Below, in pieces: positions 9,356 through 18,177 of a stretch of 64,000 nucleotides of DNA (its first letter is position 1; the number at the start of each line of letters is the position of its first letter). Origin of the DNA: Candidatus Omnitrophota bacterium (GTDB lineage Bacteria; Omnitrophota; Gorgyraeia; Zapsychrales; Zapsychraceae). The stretch spans positions 28,971 through 92,970 of the forward strand of contig JAGQKV010000001.1 of NCBI GenBank assembly GCA_020429915.1, given 5' to 3'. The position numbers were made by a program, and so were the translations under genes. The notes beneath the pieces were generated by a model that saw nothing but the letters and a program-made list of their open reading frames with translations, had not been told where the DNA came from and ran no database searches.

Positions 9356-10378
9356 ATGACCGGCATCCTGGTGGTCAATGTTAACTGGCTGGGCGACGTG
9401 ATCTTCTCGGCACCGGTCTTTCGCGCGTTGCGGGACGCGCAGCCCGATGCGCATATCGCCTGCCTGGCTGTGCCGCGGGTCGTGGAGATCCTGCGGTGCA
9501 TACCCGAAATCGACGAGGTAATTCCGTACGATGAATCCGGCGCGGACAAAGGCGTGGGGGCCAAGCTGCGCCTGGTGCGCCGGATCAAACGGCAGGGTTT
9601 CGACCGGGCCTACTTTTTGTCGCGTTCGCTGTCGCGCGCGGTCCTTATCCGGCTGGCCGGTATTCCGCAGCGTTTCGGCTATGAGAATAAAGGGCGGGGC
9701 CGCCTGTTGACTGGCGTGACTCCGCCGCCGACGGAACAGTTGCATCGCAGCGATTACTATCTCAGGGTGATCGAGGATGCCGGCGTACCCGTCCGCGACC
9801 GCACGACCCGCCTGCAACCGCCGGACGAATCGGCCGAAAAAGTGACGCGGCTGCTGACAGCGCACGGCCTGAGCGCCGGCGGAACCCGGATTGTCGTCAA
9901 TCCCGGCGGAAATTGGGATCTGAAGCGGTGGCCGTGCTTGTCATTTGCCCGGCTGATCGACAAGCTTGATGAACTGCCCGGAGCACGGATTATCATAACC
10001 GGTGCGCCGGACGATCGTGAGCTGGCCGCCGAGATCTTGAGCATGGCCCGGCGCCCGCAGGCGGTCACCGATTTGACCGGACAATTGACCCTGACCGAGC
10101 TGATCGCGTTTTTGCGCCATATCGATATTTTTGTCTCGGCCGACTCCGGACCGTTGCATATTGCGGGCAGCGTCGGGACGACGGCCGTCGGCATCTTCGG
10201 ACCAACGCGGCCGGAATGGACCGGTCCGCGGGGGAGCGCCGAGGCGCACATTCTGCAGCGGGATGTGGGCTGTAACCGGGAACCCTGTTACTATCTAGAG
10301 TGTCCCGACAACTTTTGTATGCGGGCCGTCACGGTGGACGATGTTTTTTCGCGTATCCGACAAATCCAAAGTGCGTAA
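9356..10378 (+). CDS. ADP-heptose:LPS heptosyltransferase family (GT9)
   Basis: 340 aa. MTGILVVNVNWLGDVIFSAPVFRALRDA...; C-terminal VSADSGPLHIAGSVGTTAVGIFGPT is typical of WaaC/WaaF/WaaQ-type GT9 enzymes. Confidence 0.8.
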   Translation: MTGILVVNVNWLGDVIFSAPVFRALRDAQPDAHIACLAVPRVVEILRCIPEIDEVIPYDESGADKGVGAKLRLVRRIKRQGFDRAYFLSRSLSRAVLIRLAGIPQRFGYENKGRGRLLTGVTPPPTEQLHRSDYYLRVIEDAGVPVRDRTTRLQPPDESAEKVTRLLTAHGLSAGGTRIVVNPGGNWDLKRWPCLSFARLIDKLDELPGARIIITGAPDDRELAAEILSMARRPQAVTDLTGQLTLTELIAFLRHIDIFVSADSGPLHIAGSVGTTAVGIFGPTRPEWTGPRGSAEAHILQRDVGCNREPCYYLECPDNFCMRAVTVDDVFSRIRQIQSA

Positions 10379-11333
10379 GATCCTGGTGATCTCCCTGTCG
10401 AATATCGGGGATGTGGTGTTGACCCTGCCGGTGGTCGATATTCTGCTGCGGGATTTTCCTAACAGTACGGTATCCGTGGTGGTCGGTCCCAAGGCCGAGT
10501 CGTTGCTGCGCGACAATCCGGTGCTGGCTGAGGTGATCGTACTGGACAAACACCAGTCGCGCTCGGCGCTGTGGTCCTGGGTCGCGGAATTGCGCCGGCG
10601 AAAATTCGACATGATCATCGATTTGCGAAACTCGATGATTCCGTTGATGCTGATGGCGCGTTACATGACGCCACCGGAGATGCGGCGGGTCAAGGGACAA
10701 CACATGCGGCGCAAGCACCTCGCGCGCCTGCGTACCGTCCATCACTTCGCAGACGACAACGCGCCGTGCCGGTGCCTCACCGCGACCGCGTCCGACGCGG
10801 GAGCTGTGGATGCACTTCTGGGTGATTCCGGTCCTTTCGTGGTGATGGCGCCCGGTTCGGCGGATCAGGCCAAGCGCTGGTCGCCGTCCGGTTTCGCGGC
10901 AGTAGCCAAATATGTGAAAAGCGAGTATGATCTAGGGATTGTTTTTCTCGGTGACCGTCACGATCGGGAGATCGCGGCGCGCATCACTGCCGCGTTGGAT
11001 GTCCCGGTCCTCGACCTGTGTGGCCGGACAACGCTGAGTCAATCCGCCGAAATCGTCCGGCGGGCGGCTGCGGCGGTCGTTAACGACAGCGCGGTCCTGC
11101 ACTTGGCCGGGTACCACAATATTCCCACGGTTGCCTTGTTCGGTTATACCGACCCGGTGAGGTACGGACCGTGGAGCGAACAGCGCGTCATTGTGACCCC
11201 GGAAGGCACGCCGTTACCGAAGGACAGCAGCACCGAGCGAAAGGTGGCGTATATCGAAAGCATTCCCCCGGAAGCGGTGATTAGCCGGCTGTGTTACACC
11301 GACGGGAGGATGCGACTGGTGAGCGACGAATGA
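10341..11333 (+). CDS. ADP-heptose:LPS heptosyltransferase family (GT9), second copy
   Basis: RKILVISLSNIGDVVLTLPVVDIL...AVVNDSAVLHLAGYHNIPTVALFGYTDP. The true start may be GTG at 10371 (GTGCGTAA overlap with the upstream stop); the ATG at 10341 overlaps the upstream gene by 38 nt. Confidence 0.75.
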   Translation: MFFRVSDKSKVRKILVISLSNIGDVVLTLPVVDILLRDFPNSTVSVVVGPKAESLLRDNPVLAEVIVLDKHQSRSALWSWVAELRRRKFDMIIDLRNSMIPLMLMARYMTPPEMRRVKGQHMRRKHLARLRTVHHFADDNAPCRCLTATASDAGAVDALLGDSGPFVVMAPGSADQAKRWSPSGFAAVAKYVKSEYDLGIVFLGDRHDREIAARITAALDVPVLDLCGRTTLSQSAEIVRRAAAAVVNDSAVLHLAGYHNIPTVALFGYTDPVRYGPWSEQRVIVTPEGTPLPKDSSTERKVAYIESIPPEAVISRLCYTDGRMRLVSDE

Positions 11334-12373
11334 AGACTTATAAAAACATCCTGGTTGTACGCACCGACCGGATCGGGGACGTGATTCTGACCACGCCGGC
11401 GATCAAGGCCCTTAAGGATAAATTTCCCCAAGCCCGGTTGACGGTGTTGGTGGCCCCGCTGACATACGATTTGTTGCACGGCCTGAAGTGGATCGACGAG
11501 ATTATGGTGGATGACCGGGCCGGTTTGAACAAGGGCATGATGGGATTCTTTCATCTGATGCATTCCCTGCGTCACAAGAAGTTTGATCTGGCCGTCGTCT
11601 TCCATACCAAACGCCGGACGAATTTGCTCTGTTTTCTGGCGGGCATTCCCAACCGGCTGGGATACCGCAACGGCAAGTACGGCTTTTTGCTCAACAGGCC
11701 CATGGACGACGACCGGCATCACGGACAAAAGCACGAGGCCGCCTATTGCATAGACCTGCTTGCCGCGGTGGGCGTCAAGGCCGGACCGCCCGAATTGGCG
11801 GTGGCTGTCCAGGAGTCGTCCGAACAATGGGTGCTGGATTTTCTTAAAGGCAAGGGCGTGGAGCCCGCGCACCATCTCTACATCATACATCCGGCGGCCA
11901 GTGATCCGGCCAAGCAGTGGCCCAAGGAGAACTTCGCCGAATTGATTGATGCCATCGCCAAACGGGACGCCAACGCGCGTTTTCTGATCGTCGGCGGCAA
12001 CGAGAACCAGCCCACCGCCCGGAATATCCAAAATAAAACCAATACCGAGGTCCTGGACACCTCGGGCCAGCTGACCATCCGCCAGCTGGTATCCGTGATC
12101 AAGCACTGCCATATGCTGATCTCAAATGACTCCGGTCCGGTGCATATCGCTGCCGCGCTTAAAACCCCGGTGGTCTCGATCTTCACCCGAAACCAGCCCG
12201 GGATCAACCCGCAGCGATGGGAGCCCTTGGGGGAGAAAGCCCGGGTCGTCAGCGTGGCTCCGGACGCCGGTTCCGACTTCCGCAAAGCCCGCCCGTATGA
12301 TCCTAACTGTATGAAACCTATACCAGTTAGGGACGTCGTTGCCGCGGTTGACGCGCTTTTGAAACTGTGTTAG
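11330..12373 (+). CDS. ADP-heptose:LPS heptosyltransferase family (GT9), third copy
   Basis: ATG at 11330 overlaps the previous stop (ATGA). MKTYKNILVVRTDRIGDVILTTPAIKALKDKFP...ISNDSGPVHIAAALKTPVVSIFT. Confidence 0.8.
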   Translation: MKTYKNILVVRTDRIGDVILTTPAIKALKDKFPQARLTVLVAPLTYDLLHGLKWIDEIMVDDRAGLNKGMMGFFHLMHSLRHKKFDLAVVFHTKRRTNLLCFLAGIPNRLGYRNGKYGFLLNRPMDDDRHHGQKHEAAYCIDLLAAVGVKAGPPELAVAVQESSEQWVLDFLKGKGVEPAHHLYIIHPAASDPAKQWPKENFAELIDAIAKRDANARFLIVGGNENQPTARNIQNKTNTEVLDTSGQLTIRQLVSVIKHCHMLISNDSGPVHIAAALKTPVVSIFTRNQPGINPQRWEPLGEKARVVSVAPDAGSDFRKARPYDPNCMKPIPVRDVVAAVDALLKLC

Positions 12374-12434
12374 AATCGAACGTTTTTCCACTACACTATC
12401 ATACGCCATATCAACATTTTAGCTTCCCGGATGC

Positions 12435-13469
12435 ATGAGAAATTACCGCTCTGTCATATCCAAGTTCTCTAAGCAGTCTGTATTGGTGATCGGAGACCTG
12501 ATTCTCGATCAGTATATCCGGGGGAGTGTTTCGCGCATTTCGCCTGAAGCCCCGGTACCTGTTGTCCTGCAACAAGATTCGTTCTATACGCCGGGAGGTG
12601 CCGCCAATGTGGCGCATAATCTTAGCGGACTCGGAGCGCAGGTCACCCTGATGGGGATCATCGGCAAGGACGACGAAGGCCAGATCCTGGTGAAGGATTT
12701 GAAGAAACGCAAAATCGACACCAAGGGCATCCTGGTGGACGCTCTCCGGCCGACGGTGACCAAGACCCGGGTGATCGCCCAGCATCAGCAGGTGGTCCGG
12801 ATCGACAAGGAGGACATGGACACGCCGCTCGCCGCGGGCGCCATTAAGAAACTGCACGGATTTCTCGACCGGCACCTTAAGGACTATGACGCGGTAATCC
12901 TGTCCGACTACGGTAAAGGACTGCTGACGGCGCAAACGGTGCAGTATGCGGTCACGCTGGCCCGGCAGCACAAGGTGATCATCACGGTCGATCCCAAGGT
13001 CGAACACTTTGACTATTACCGCCGGGTCACGGCCATCACGCCGAACCTCAAGGAGACCGAAAACGCGATTCGCAGCATCAAGATCACCTCGCCGGAGTTG
13101 TCGCAAAAGCTCGGCGTGAACTCGGACAAACTTCGCACGGATGAAGAGATCGACTGTGCCGGTCGGGAGCTGCTCAAGTGCCTTGAACTCGAATCCCTGC
13201 TGGTGACTTTGAGCGAACGCGGCATGCGGCTATTTGAGAAAGGCCGCCGTCCGGTATCGATTAAGACCAAGGCCATCGACGTCTTCGATGTCACCGGCGC
13301 GGGCGACGCGGTCATCTCCGTGTTCACGCTGGCCCTGGCCTGCGGGGCAAGCAAGCCGCTCGCCGCTGATTTGGCAAACGTGGGCGCGGGAGTGGTCGTC
13401 GGAAAGCTGGGGGCCGTAGCCGTCACTAAAAGGGAATTGCTCGACGCCCTCAGAGAGGGAGAAAAATGA
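12435..13469 (+). CDS. hldA: D-glycero-beta-D-manno-heptose-7-phosphate kinase (HldE kinase domain only, HldA-like; pfkB/ribokinase family)
   Basis: 344 aa. LVIGDLILDQYIRGSVSRISPEAPVPVV...GGAANVAHNLSGLGA...DVTGAGDAVISVF (the pfkB GAGD motif). It ends where kdsB starts; there is no C-terminal adenylyltransferase domain. Confidence 0.8.
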   Translation: MRNYRSVISKFSKQSVLVIGDLILDQYIRGSVSRISPEAPVPVVLQQDSFYTPGGAANVAHNLSGLGAQVTLMGIIGKDDEGQILVKDLKKRKIDTKGILVDALRPTVTKTRVIAQHQQVVRIDKEDMDTPLAAGAIKKLHGFLDRHLKDYDAVILSDYGKGLLTAQTVQYAVTLARQHKVIITVDPKVEHFDYYRRVTAITPNLKETENAIRSIKITSPELSQKLGVNSDKLRTDEEIDCAGRELLKCLELESLLVTLSERGMRLFEKGRRPVSIKTKAIDVFDVTGAGDAVISVFTLALACGASKPLAADLANVGAGVVVGKLGAVAVTKRELLDALREGEK

Positions 13470-14200
13470 ACGTGATCGGCGTCATTCCGGCGCGTTATGA
13501 CTCGGTACGTTTTCCCGGCAAGGCCTTGGCCGAGATCGACGGCCGCCCGATGATTCAACACGTTTACGAACGGGCCAGCCGGAGCCTGAGCCTGACGGAA
13601 GTGGTCGTCGCCTGTGACGATGAACGGATCAGGGACGCCGCGGCGGCGGCCGGGGCCCGGGTGATCATGACCCGATCCGATCACGCCTGCGGGACAGACC
13701 GCATCGTTGAGGCGGTGCAGGGTATCGAGGCCGACATCATCGTTAATATTCAGGGGGATGAGCCGCTGATCCAGCCGGATATCATCGATACGCTGGTGGC
13801 CTGTCTCGGCGAGGACTCACAGCAGGTCATGGCCACGGTGGTCAAGAAGATCGAGGACCCGCAGGAGATCGCCGATCCGAATGTGGTTAAGGTCGTCCTG
13901 GACAAGCAGAACTTCGCGATTTATTTTTCGCGCTCCCCGATACCGTATAACCGGGCGGGCACACAACTCACTTATCACAAGCATCTGGGAATTTACGCCT
14001 ATACCAAGCCCTTCCTGCTGATTTATGCCGCCCTGCCGAAAACCGCGCTGGAGCAGGCCGAGTGTCTGGAACAACTGCGCGCCATCGAGCACGGATTCAA
14101 GATCAAGACCGTCGCCACGCAGCATGAGAGCATCGGCGTGGACACGCCTGAAGATTTGGCAAAGGTGACGGCACTCATTAACGAAAGCAGGGGCACATGA
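13466..14200 (+). CDS. kdsB: 3-deoxy-manno-octulosonate cytidylyltransferase (CMP-Kdo synthetase)
   Basis: MNVIGVIPARYDSVRFPGKALAEIDGRPMIQHVYERA...NIQGDEPLI, classic KdsB motifs. ATGA overlap with the upstream gene. Confidence 0.9.
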   Translation: MNVIGVIPARYDSVRFPGKALAEIDGRPMIQHVYERASRSLSLTEVVVACDDERIRDAAAAAGARVIMTRSDHACGTDRIVEAVQGIEADIIVNIQGDEPLIQPDIIDTLVACLGEDSQQVMATVVKKIEDPQEIADPNVVKVVLDKQNFAIYFSRSPIPYNRAGTQLTYHKHLGIYAYTKPFLLIYAALPKTALEQAECLEQLRAIEHGFKIKTVATQHESIGVDTPEDLAKVTALINESRGT

Positions 14201-15018
14201 AAAGCATTCGCATCGGCGACATCCAGATTGGCGGGAAGAATCCGCTGGTCCTGATCGCGGGACCGTGCGTGGTTGAAGACCGCGCAACCACTCTCAAGAT
14301 AGCCGCAGGCCTGAAACGCATCACGGACAAGCTCAAGGTCCCGTTGATTTTCAAGGCCAGCTATGACAAGGCGAACCGCACGTCGCTGAACTCCTACCGC
14401 GGTCCGGGCATCACCGCCGGTCTCGAGGTGTTGGAAGAGGTCAAATACAAATACGGTGTTCCGGTGATCAGTGACGTGCATAATATCGGCGAGGTGGACC
14501 AGGCCGCCCGGGTCTTGGATGTTCTGCAAATTCCGGCCTTTCTGTGCCGGCAGACCGATCTGCTGGTCTGCGCAGGAAGCACGGGCAAAGTGGTCAATAT
14601 CAAAAAGGGTCAGTTCCTGGCCCCGGAAAACATGCGCCAGGCCGCGGCGAAGGTGGCCAGCACCGGCAACAAAAGGATTTTGCTGACCGAGCGCGGCGCC
14701 AGTTTCGGTTATAATAACCTCGTCACCGATTTCCGAGCCTTGGCCATTTTGAGGGAATGCGGATATCCGGTCGTGCTCGACGCTTCACACAGCGTTCAGC
14801 AACCCGGGGGGTTGGGGCATGCCTCGGGCGGTCGACGCGAATTCATTCCGCTGCTGGCGCGCTGCGGTGTGGCGGCCGGCTGCGACGGAATCTTTATGGA
14901 AGTGCACACCGATCCGACAAAGGCCCTGTCGGACGGGCCGAATATGCTCCCGCTGCGACAGCTCGAAAAACTGCTCGCGGACTTGGTGGCGATCGACCGG
15001 ATCGTCAGAAAGAAGTGA
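14197..15018 (+). CDS. kdsA: 2-dehydro-3-deoxyphosphooctonate aldolase (Kdo8P synthase)
   Basis: LVLIAGPCVVEDRATTLKIAAGLK...FKASYDKANRTS...VVLDASHSVQQPGG, typical of KdsA/DAHP-synthase-I family Kdo8P synthase. Confidence 0.9.
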   Translation: MKSIRIGDIQIGGKNPLVLIAGPCVVEDRATTLKIAAGLKRITDKLKVPLIFKASYDKANRTSLNSYRGPGITAGLEVLEEVKYKYGVPVISDVHNIGEVDQAARVLDVLQIPAFLCRQTDLLVCAGSTGKVVNIKKGQFLAPENMRQAAAKVASTGNKRILLTERGASFGYNNLVTDFRALAILRECGYPVVLDASHSVQQPGGLGHASGGRREFIPLLARCGVAAGCDGIFMEVHTDPTKALSDGPNMLPLRQLEKLLADLVAIDRIVRKK

Positions 15019-15019
15019 T

Positions 15020-15979
15020 ATGTCCTTAAAGAAAGCACAGGAAGTCATCAAGATCGAGGCCCGCGAACTGCAGGCTCTGGCCGGCCGGATCAACCGCAAT
15101 TTCAGCCGTGCGGTCAACATGATGGCCGAATGCCGGGGAAGGGTCGTGGTGACCGGCATGGGCAAGGCGGGATTGGTCGGCAGCAAGATTGCCGCGACCC
15201 TGTCGTCGACCGGAACGCCGAGCATCTCGATGCACAGCGCCGACGCCGTTCACGGAGACTTGGGTCAGGTCACACAGCACGATGTCCTGATTCTGATTTC
15301 AAAAAGCGGGGAGACCGACGAGACCAAACGTCTGCTTCCGTTGCTGAAGAAGATCGGCTGCAAGACGATCGCGATGACCGGCAATGTGAAATCCAGCCTC
15401 GCCAAATACAGCGATGTGACGCTGGATGTCTCGGTTAAGCAGGAAGGCTGCCCGCTGGGGCTGGCCCCGATGGCGTCCACGACGGCTATGCTGGCCTGCG
15501 GCGACGCCTTGGCCGCGTGTCTGATCATCAAGAAGGGCTTTAAGCGCGAGGACTTCGCTTTTTATCATCCGGCCGGAAGCCTGGGGCGGCAGCTTTTGCT
15601 CAAGGTGGAAGATATTATGCGTAAGGGGGCGGCTTTTCCTAAGGTGCGACAGACGACACCGGTCAAGCAGGTGTTGCTGGCCATCACCAAGGCGCGCTGC
15701 GGTTCCGCCTGTGTGACCGACCAGTATGGCGTGCTAGTGGGCATCTTTACCGATGGGGACTTGCGCCGGCACATCGAATCCGACCCTGACCTGCTCAACC
15801 TGAAGGTCAGCAAAGTGATGACCAAAAAGCCGGTCACCATCAATCAGGATAAGCTGGCCGCCGAGGCGCTGGCGCTGCTGAAGACACGTAAAATCGACGA
15901 AGTTCCGGTTGTGGACGATAGTCACAAACCGGTCGGACTGTTGGATATCCAGGATCTCCTGAAGGTAGGTTTGCTGTGA
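15020..15979 (+). CDS. kdsD: Arabinose-5-phosphate isomerase KdsD/GutQ (SIS + tandem CBS domains)
   Basis: ATG at 15020, 2 nt after the kdsA stop. VVVTGMGKAGLVGSKIAATLSSTGTPS...ILISKSGETDE (SIS domain), then C-terminal CBS pairs. The track ORF start at 14819 is an upstream in-frame artefact. Confidence 0.85.
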   Translation: MSLKKAQEVIKIEARELQALAGRINRNFSRAVNMMAECRGRVVVTGMGKAGLVGSKIAATLSSTGTPSISMHSADAVHGDLGQVTQHDVLILISKSGETDETKRLLPLLKKIGCKTIAMTGNVKSSLAKYSDVTLDVSVKQEGCPLGLAPMASTTAMLACGDALAACLIIKKGFKREDFAFYHPAGSLGRQLLLKVEDIMRKGAAFPKVRQTTPVKQVLLAITKARCGSACVTDQYGVLVGIFTDGDLRRHIESDPDLLNLKVSKVMTKKPVTINQDKLAAEALALLKTRKIDEVPVVDDSHKPVGLLDIQDLLKVGLL

Positions 15980-16524
15980 ATAAAACGTTGAAAGATAAGT
16001 TTAATCGGGTTAAACTGCTAGTCCTCGATGTGGACGGTATCCTTACCGACGGCCGCATTATCGTCAATGATCAGGGACGCGAAACCAAGCACTTTGACGT
16101 GCAGGACGGTTTCGGGATTGTCCTGTTCCAGCGCGCCGGGTTTAAAGTGGCCATTATTTCGGCCCGCGGGTCGGATGCGGTCAAGGCCAGGACGATGGAT
16201 CTGAAGATCAGCAAAGTCTATCTCAACGCGCGCAACAAGCTCAAGATCTACCGGCAGCTCGCCAAGAGTTCCGGCGTCGACGACCAGGAGGTGTGTTTTA
16301 TGGGAGACGATCTGCCCGATCTCGGGGTGGCCCAGACCGTCGGCACGGTATGTACCGTTCCCTCCGCGCGCGAGGAAATCCGGAAAGAAGCCGACTATGT
16401 TACGTCCTGTTCCGCCGGACGCGGAGCGGTTCGCGAAGTGATTGAATTGATCCTGAAATCCAAGGGGATGTGGGAAGACGTGGTAAAGGAGTACGCGAGT
16501 GATCAACAAGTCCGTAATCATTAG
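15976..16524 (+). CDS. kdsC: 3-deoxy-D-manno-octulosonate 8-phosphate phosphatase KdsC (HAD superfamily)
   Basis: GTG start overlapping the kdsD stop (GTGA). KLLVLDVDGILTDGRII...IISARGSDAVKARTMDLKI...CFMGDDLPDL; HAD motifs I-III in KdsC arrangement. Confidence 0.85.
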   Translation: MNKTLKDKFNRVKLLVLDVDGILTDGRIIVNDQGRETKHFDVQDGFGIVLFQRAGFKVAIISARGSDAVKARTMDLKISKVYLNARNKLKIYRQLAKSSGVDDQEVCFMGDDLPDLGVAQTVGTVCTVPSAREEIRKEADYVTSCSAGRGAVREVIELILKSKGMWEDVVKEYASDQQVRNH

Positions 16525-17353
16525 TTTGTTGCTGGCCGTGACCGTCACGCTTCCCGTCGCCGCGCAGCAGGACGAACAACGCTTTCAAGGGTTCAACCTG
16601 CAGGGTTACAACGACAGCGGGGAAAAGGCCTGGGACGTCGTGGGCGAGACCGCCGATGTGGTGGACGGGACCAAAATCCAGTTGACCAACATCAATGCCA
16701 ACACCTACGGCGAGCGGTCCTTAAATGTCACCGCCGCCGAAGGGCTGGTGGACCAAACATCCGGTTTCATGAAACTGGAGAAGGATGTGGTCATCACCAG
16801 TGACGACGGTTCGCAGATGATGACGGATTACGTCGAGTGGAACCGGGAAGAAGATCTGGTGCAGTCGGATGATGAGGTTTTTATCAAGAACGATAATTTT
16901 ACGGCCACCGGGACCGGACTCGAGGCCCGTCCGGGGATGAAAAGCGCGCAACTGAAGAAGGACGTAACGGTGCGCGTCGATACCAGCCAGCTGGCCCCGG
17001 AATCGTCCGCCGAACCGGTTGAGCCGCCCAAGCAATTTCTCACCGTGACCAGCGACGGACCGATGGTCCTTGATCAGCTCCTCAATAAGGCGCGTTTCGA
17101 GGTGAATGTGGTGGCCGAGCAGGAAGACCAGACGCTCAAGGCGGACGTCATTGAAATTTATTTTAAAGAAGGCATGCGCGATATCATCGAGATGGTCTGC
17201 ATCGGGAATGTAGAAATCACTCAGGGCGACAACAAGACCTATGCGGAAAAGGCGACATACAATGCCGAGGACCAGAAGCTGACATTGTCCGGAAGACCCA
17301 AACTGATACTGGAAACGGGGGGTGAGAATGGCATTGCACCTCTTGGAAACTAA
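16499..17353 (+). CDS. LPS transport periplasmic protein, LptA/LptC (OstA-like) family, N-terminal signal/anchor
   Basis: 284 aa with a hydrophobic N-terminus MINKSVIISLLLAVTVTLPVAAQQ. Sits between kdsC and lptB, where lptC-lptA sit in Proteobacteria. Has beta-jellyroll-like repeat segments (NVTAAEGLVD...; NVEITQGDNKTYAEKATYNAEDQKLTLSG). Only one such gene is present, not two. Confidence 0.6.
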   Translation: MINKSVIISLLLAVTVTLPVAAQQDEQRFQGFNLQGYNDSGEKAWDVVGETADVVDGTKIQLTNINANTYGERSLNVTAAEGLVDQTSGFMKLEKDVVITSDDGSQMMTDYVEWNREEDLVQSDDEVFIKNDNFTATGTGLEARPGMKSAQLKKDVTVRVDTSQLAPESSAEPVEPPKQFLTVTSDGPMVLDQLLNKARFEVNVVAEQEDQTLKADVIEIYFKEGMRDIIEMVCIGNVEITQGDNKTYAEKATYNAEDQKLTLSGRPKLILETGGENGIAPLGN

Positions 17354-18056
17354 GAGTCTGGTAAAGCAATACGGCGGCCGGCGGGTGGTAGACGGATTGA
17401 GTATTTCCGTGGGCCGGTCGGAAATCGTCGGGCTGCTCGGCCCCAACGGTGCCGGCAAGACCACAACGTTTTACATGGCCGTGGGGATCATCCAGCCCAA
17501 CGAAGGGCAGATCCTCTTTGACAACGAAGATATCACACGCAAATCGATCCACCAACGATGCCGTCTGGGTATGGGGTATCTCGCCCAGGAGCCGTCGATC
17601 TTCCGGAAGCTTACGGTAGAGCAGAACATCATGGCGATTCTGGAGACGCTGGATATTGGACCCCGTGAACGGCGTAAGCGGCTCGAATCCCTGCTGGAAG
17701 AGTTGAACATAGCGCACTTGGCCAGGAGCAAGGCCTATACGCTGTCGGGCGGGGAGCGGCGCCGGTTGGAGATCACCCGCGCGCTGGTCACCAATCCGTC
17801 CTTTCTGTTGTTGGACGAGCCGTTTTCCGGGATCGATCCGATCGTCGTGGCGGAGGCCCAGGAGATCATCAAGGAATTGAAGAACCGCGGTTTGGGGATC
17901 CTGCTGACCGATCACAATGTCCGTGAGACGCTATCGATTACCGACCGGGCGTACCTGGTTAAGGACGGAAGGATTTTCCGCTCCGGAAATGCGCAAGAGT
18001 TGATCAACGACCCGGATGCCCGCCGGTGGTACCTGGGCGAGAATTTTCGTATGTAG
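17322..18056 (+). CDS. lptB: LPS export ABC transporter ATP-binding protein LptB
   Basis: LLETKSLVKQYGGRRVVDGLSISVGRSEIVGLLGPNGAGKTTTFYM...LSGGERRRLEITRAL...LLLDEPFSGIDP. Walker A, ABC signature and Walker B in LptB context. Confidence 0.9.
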   Translation: MRMALHLLETKSLVKQYGGRRVVDGLSISVGRSEIVGLLGPNGAGKTTTFYMAVGIIQPNEGQILFDNEDITRKSIHQRCRLGMGYLAQEPSIFRKLTVEQNIMAILETLDIGPRERRKRLESLLEELNIAHLARSKAYTLSGGERRRLEITRALVTNPSFLLLDEPFSGIDPIVVAEAQEIIKELKNRGLGILLTDHNVRETLSITDRAYLVKDGRIFRSGNAQELINDPDARRWYLGENFRM

Positions 18057-18177
18057 TTTCTGCGACGGCAGGGACGAACGGTCTTAGTAAAAGACGGCGG
18101 ACGCGCCGCACCCAAGTGGTCTGTCGGCAGCTCAGCTTGCATCGGAAGGCTATCAAGAAGAAGGAGTATCAGACAAG

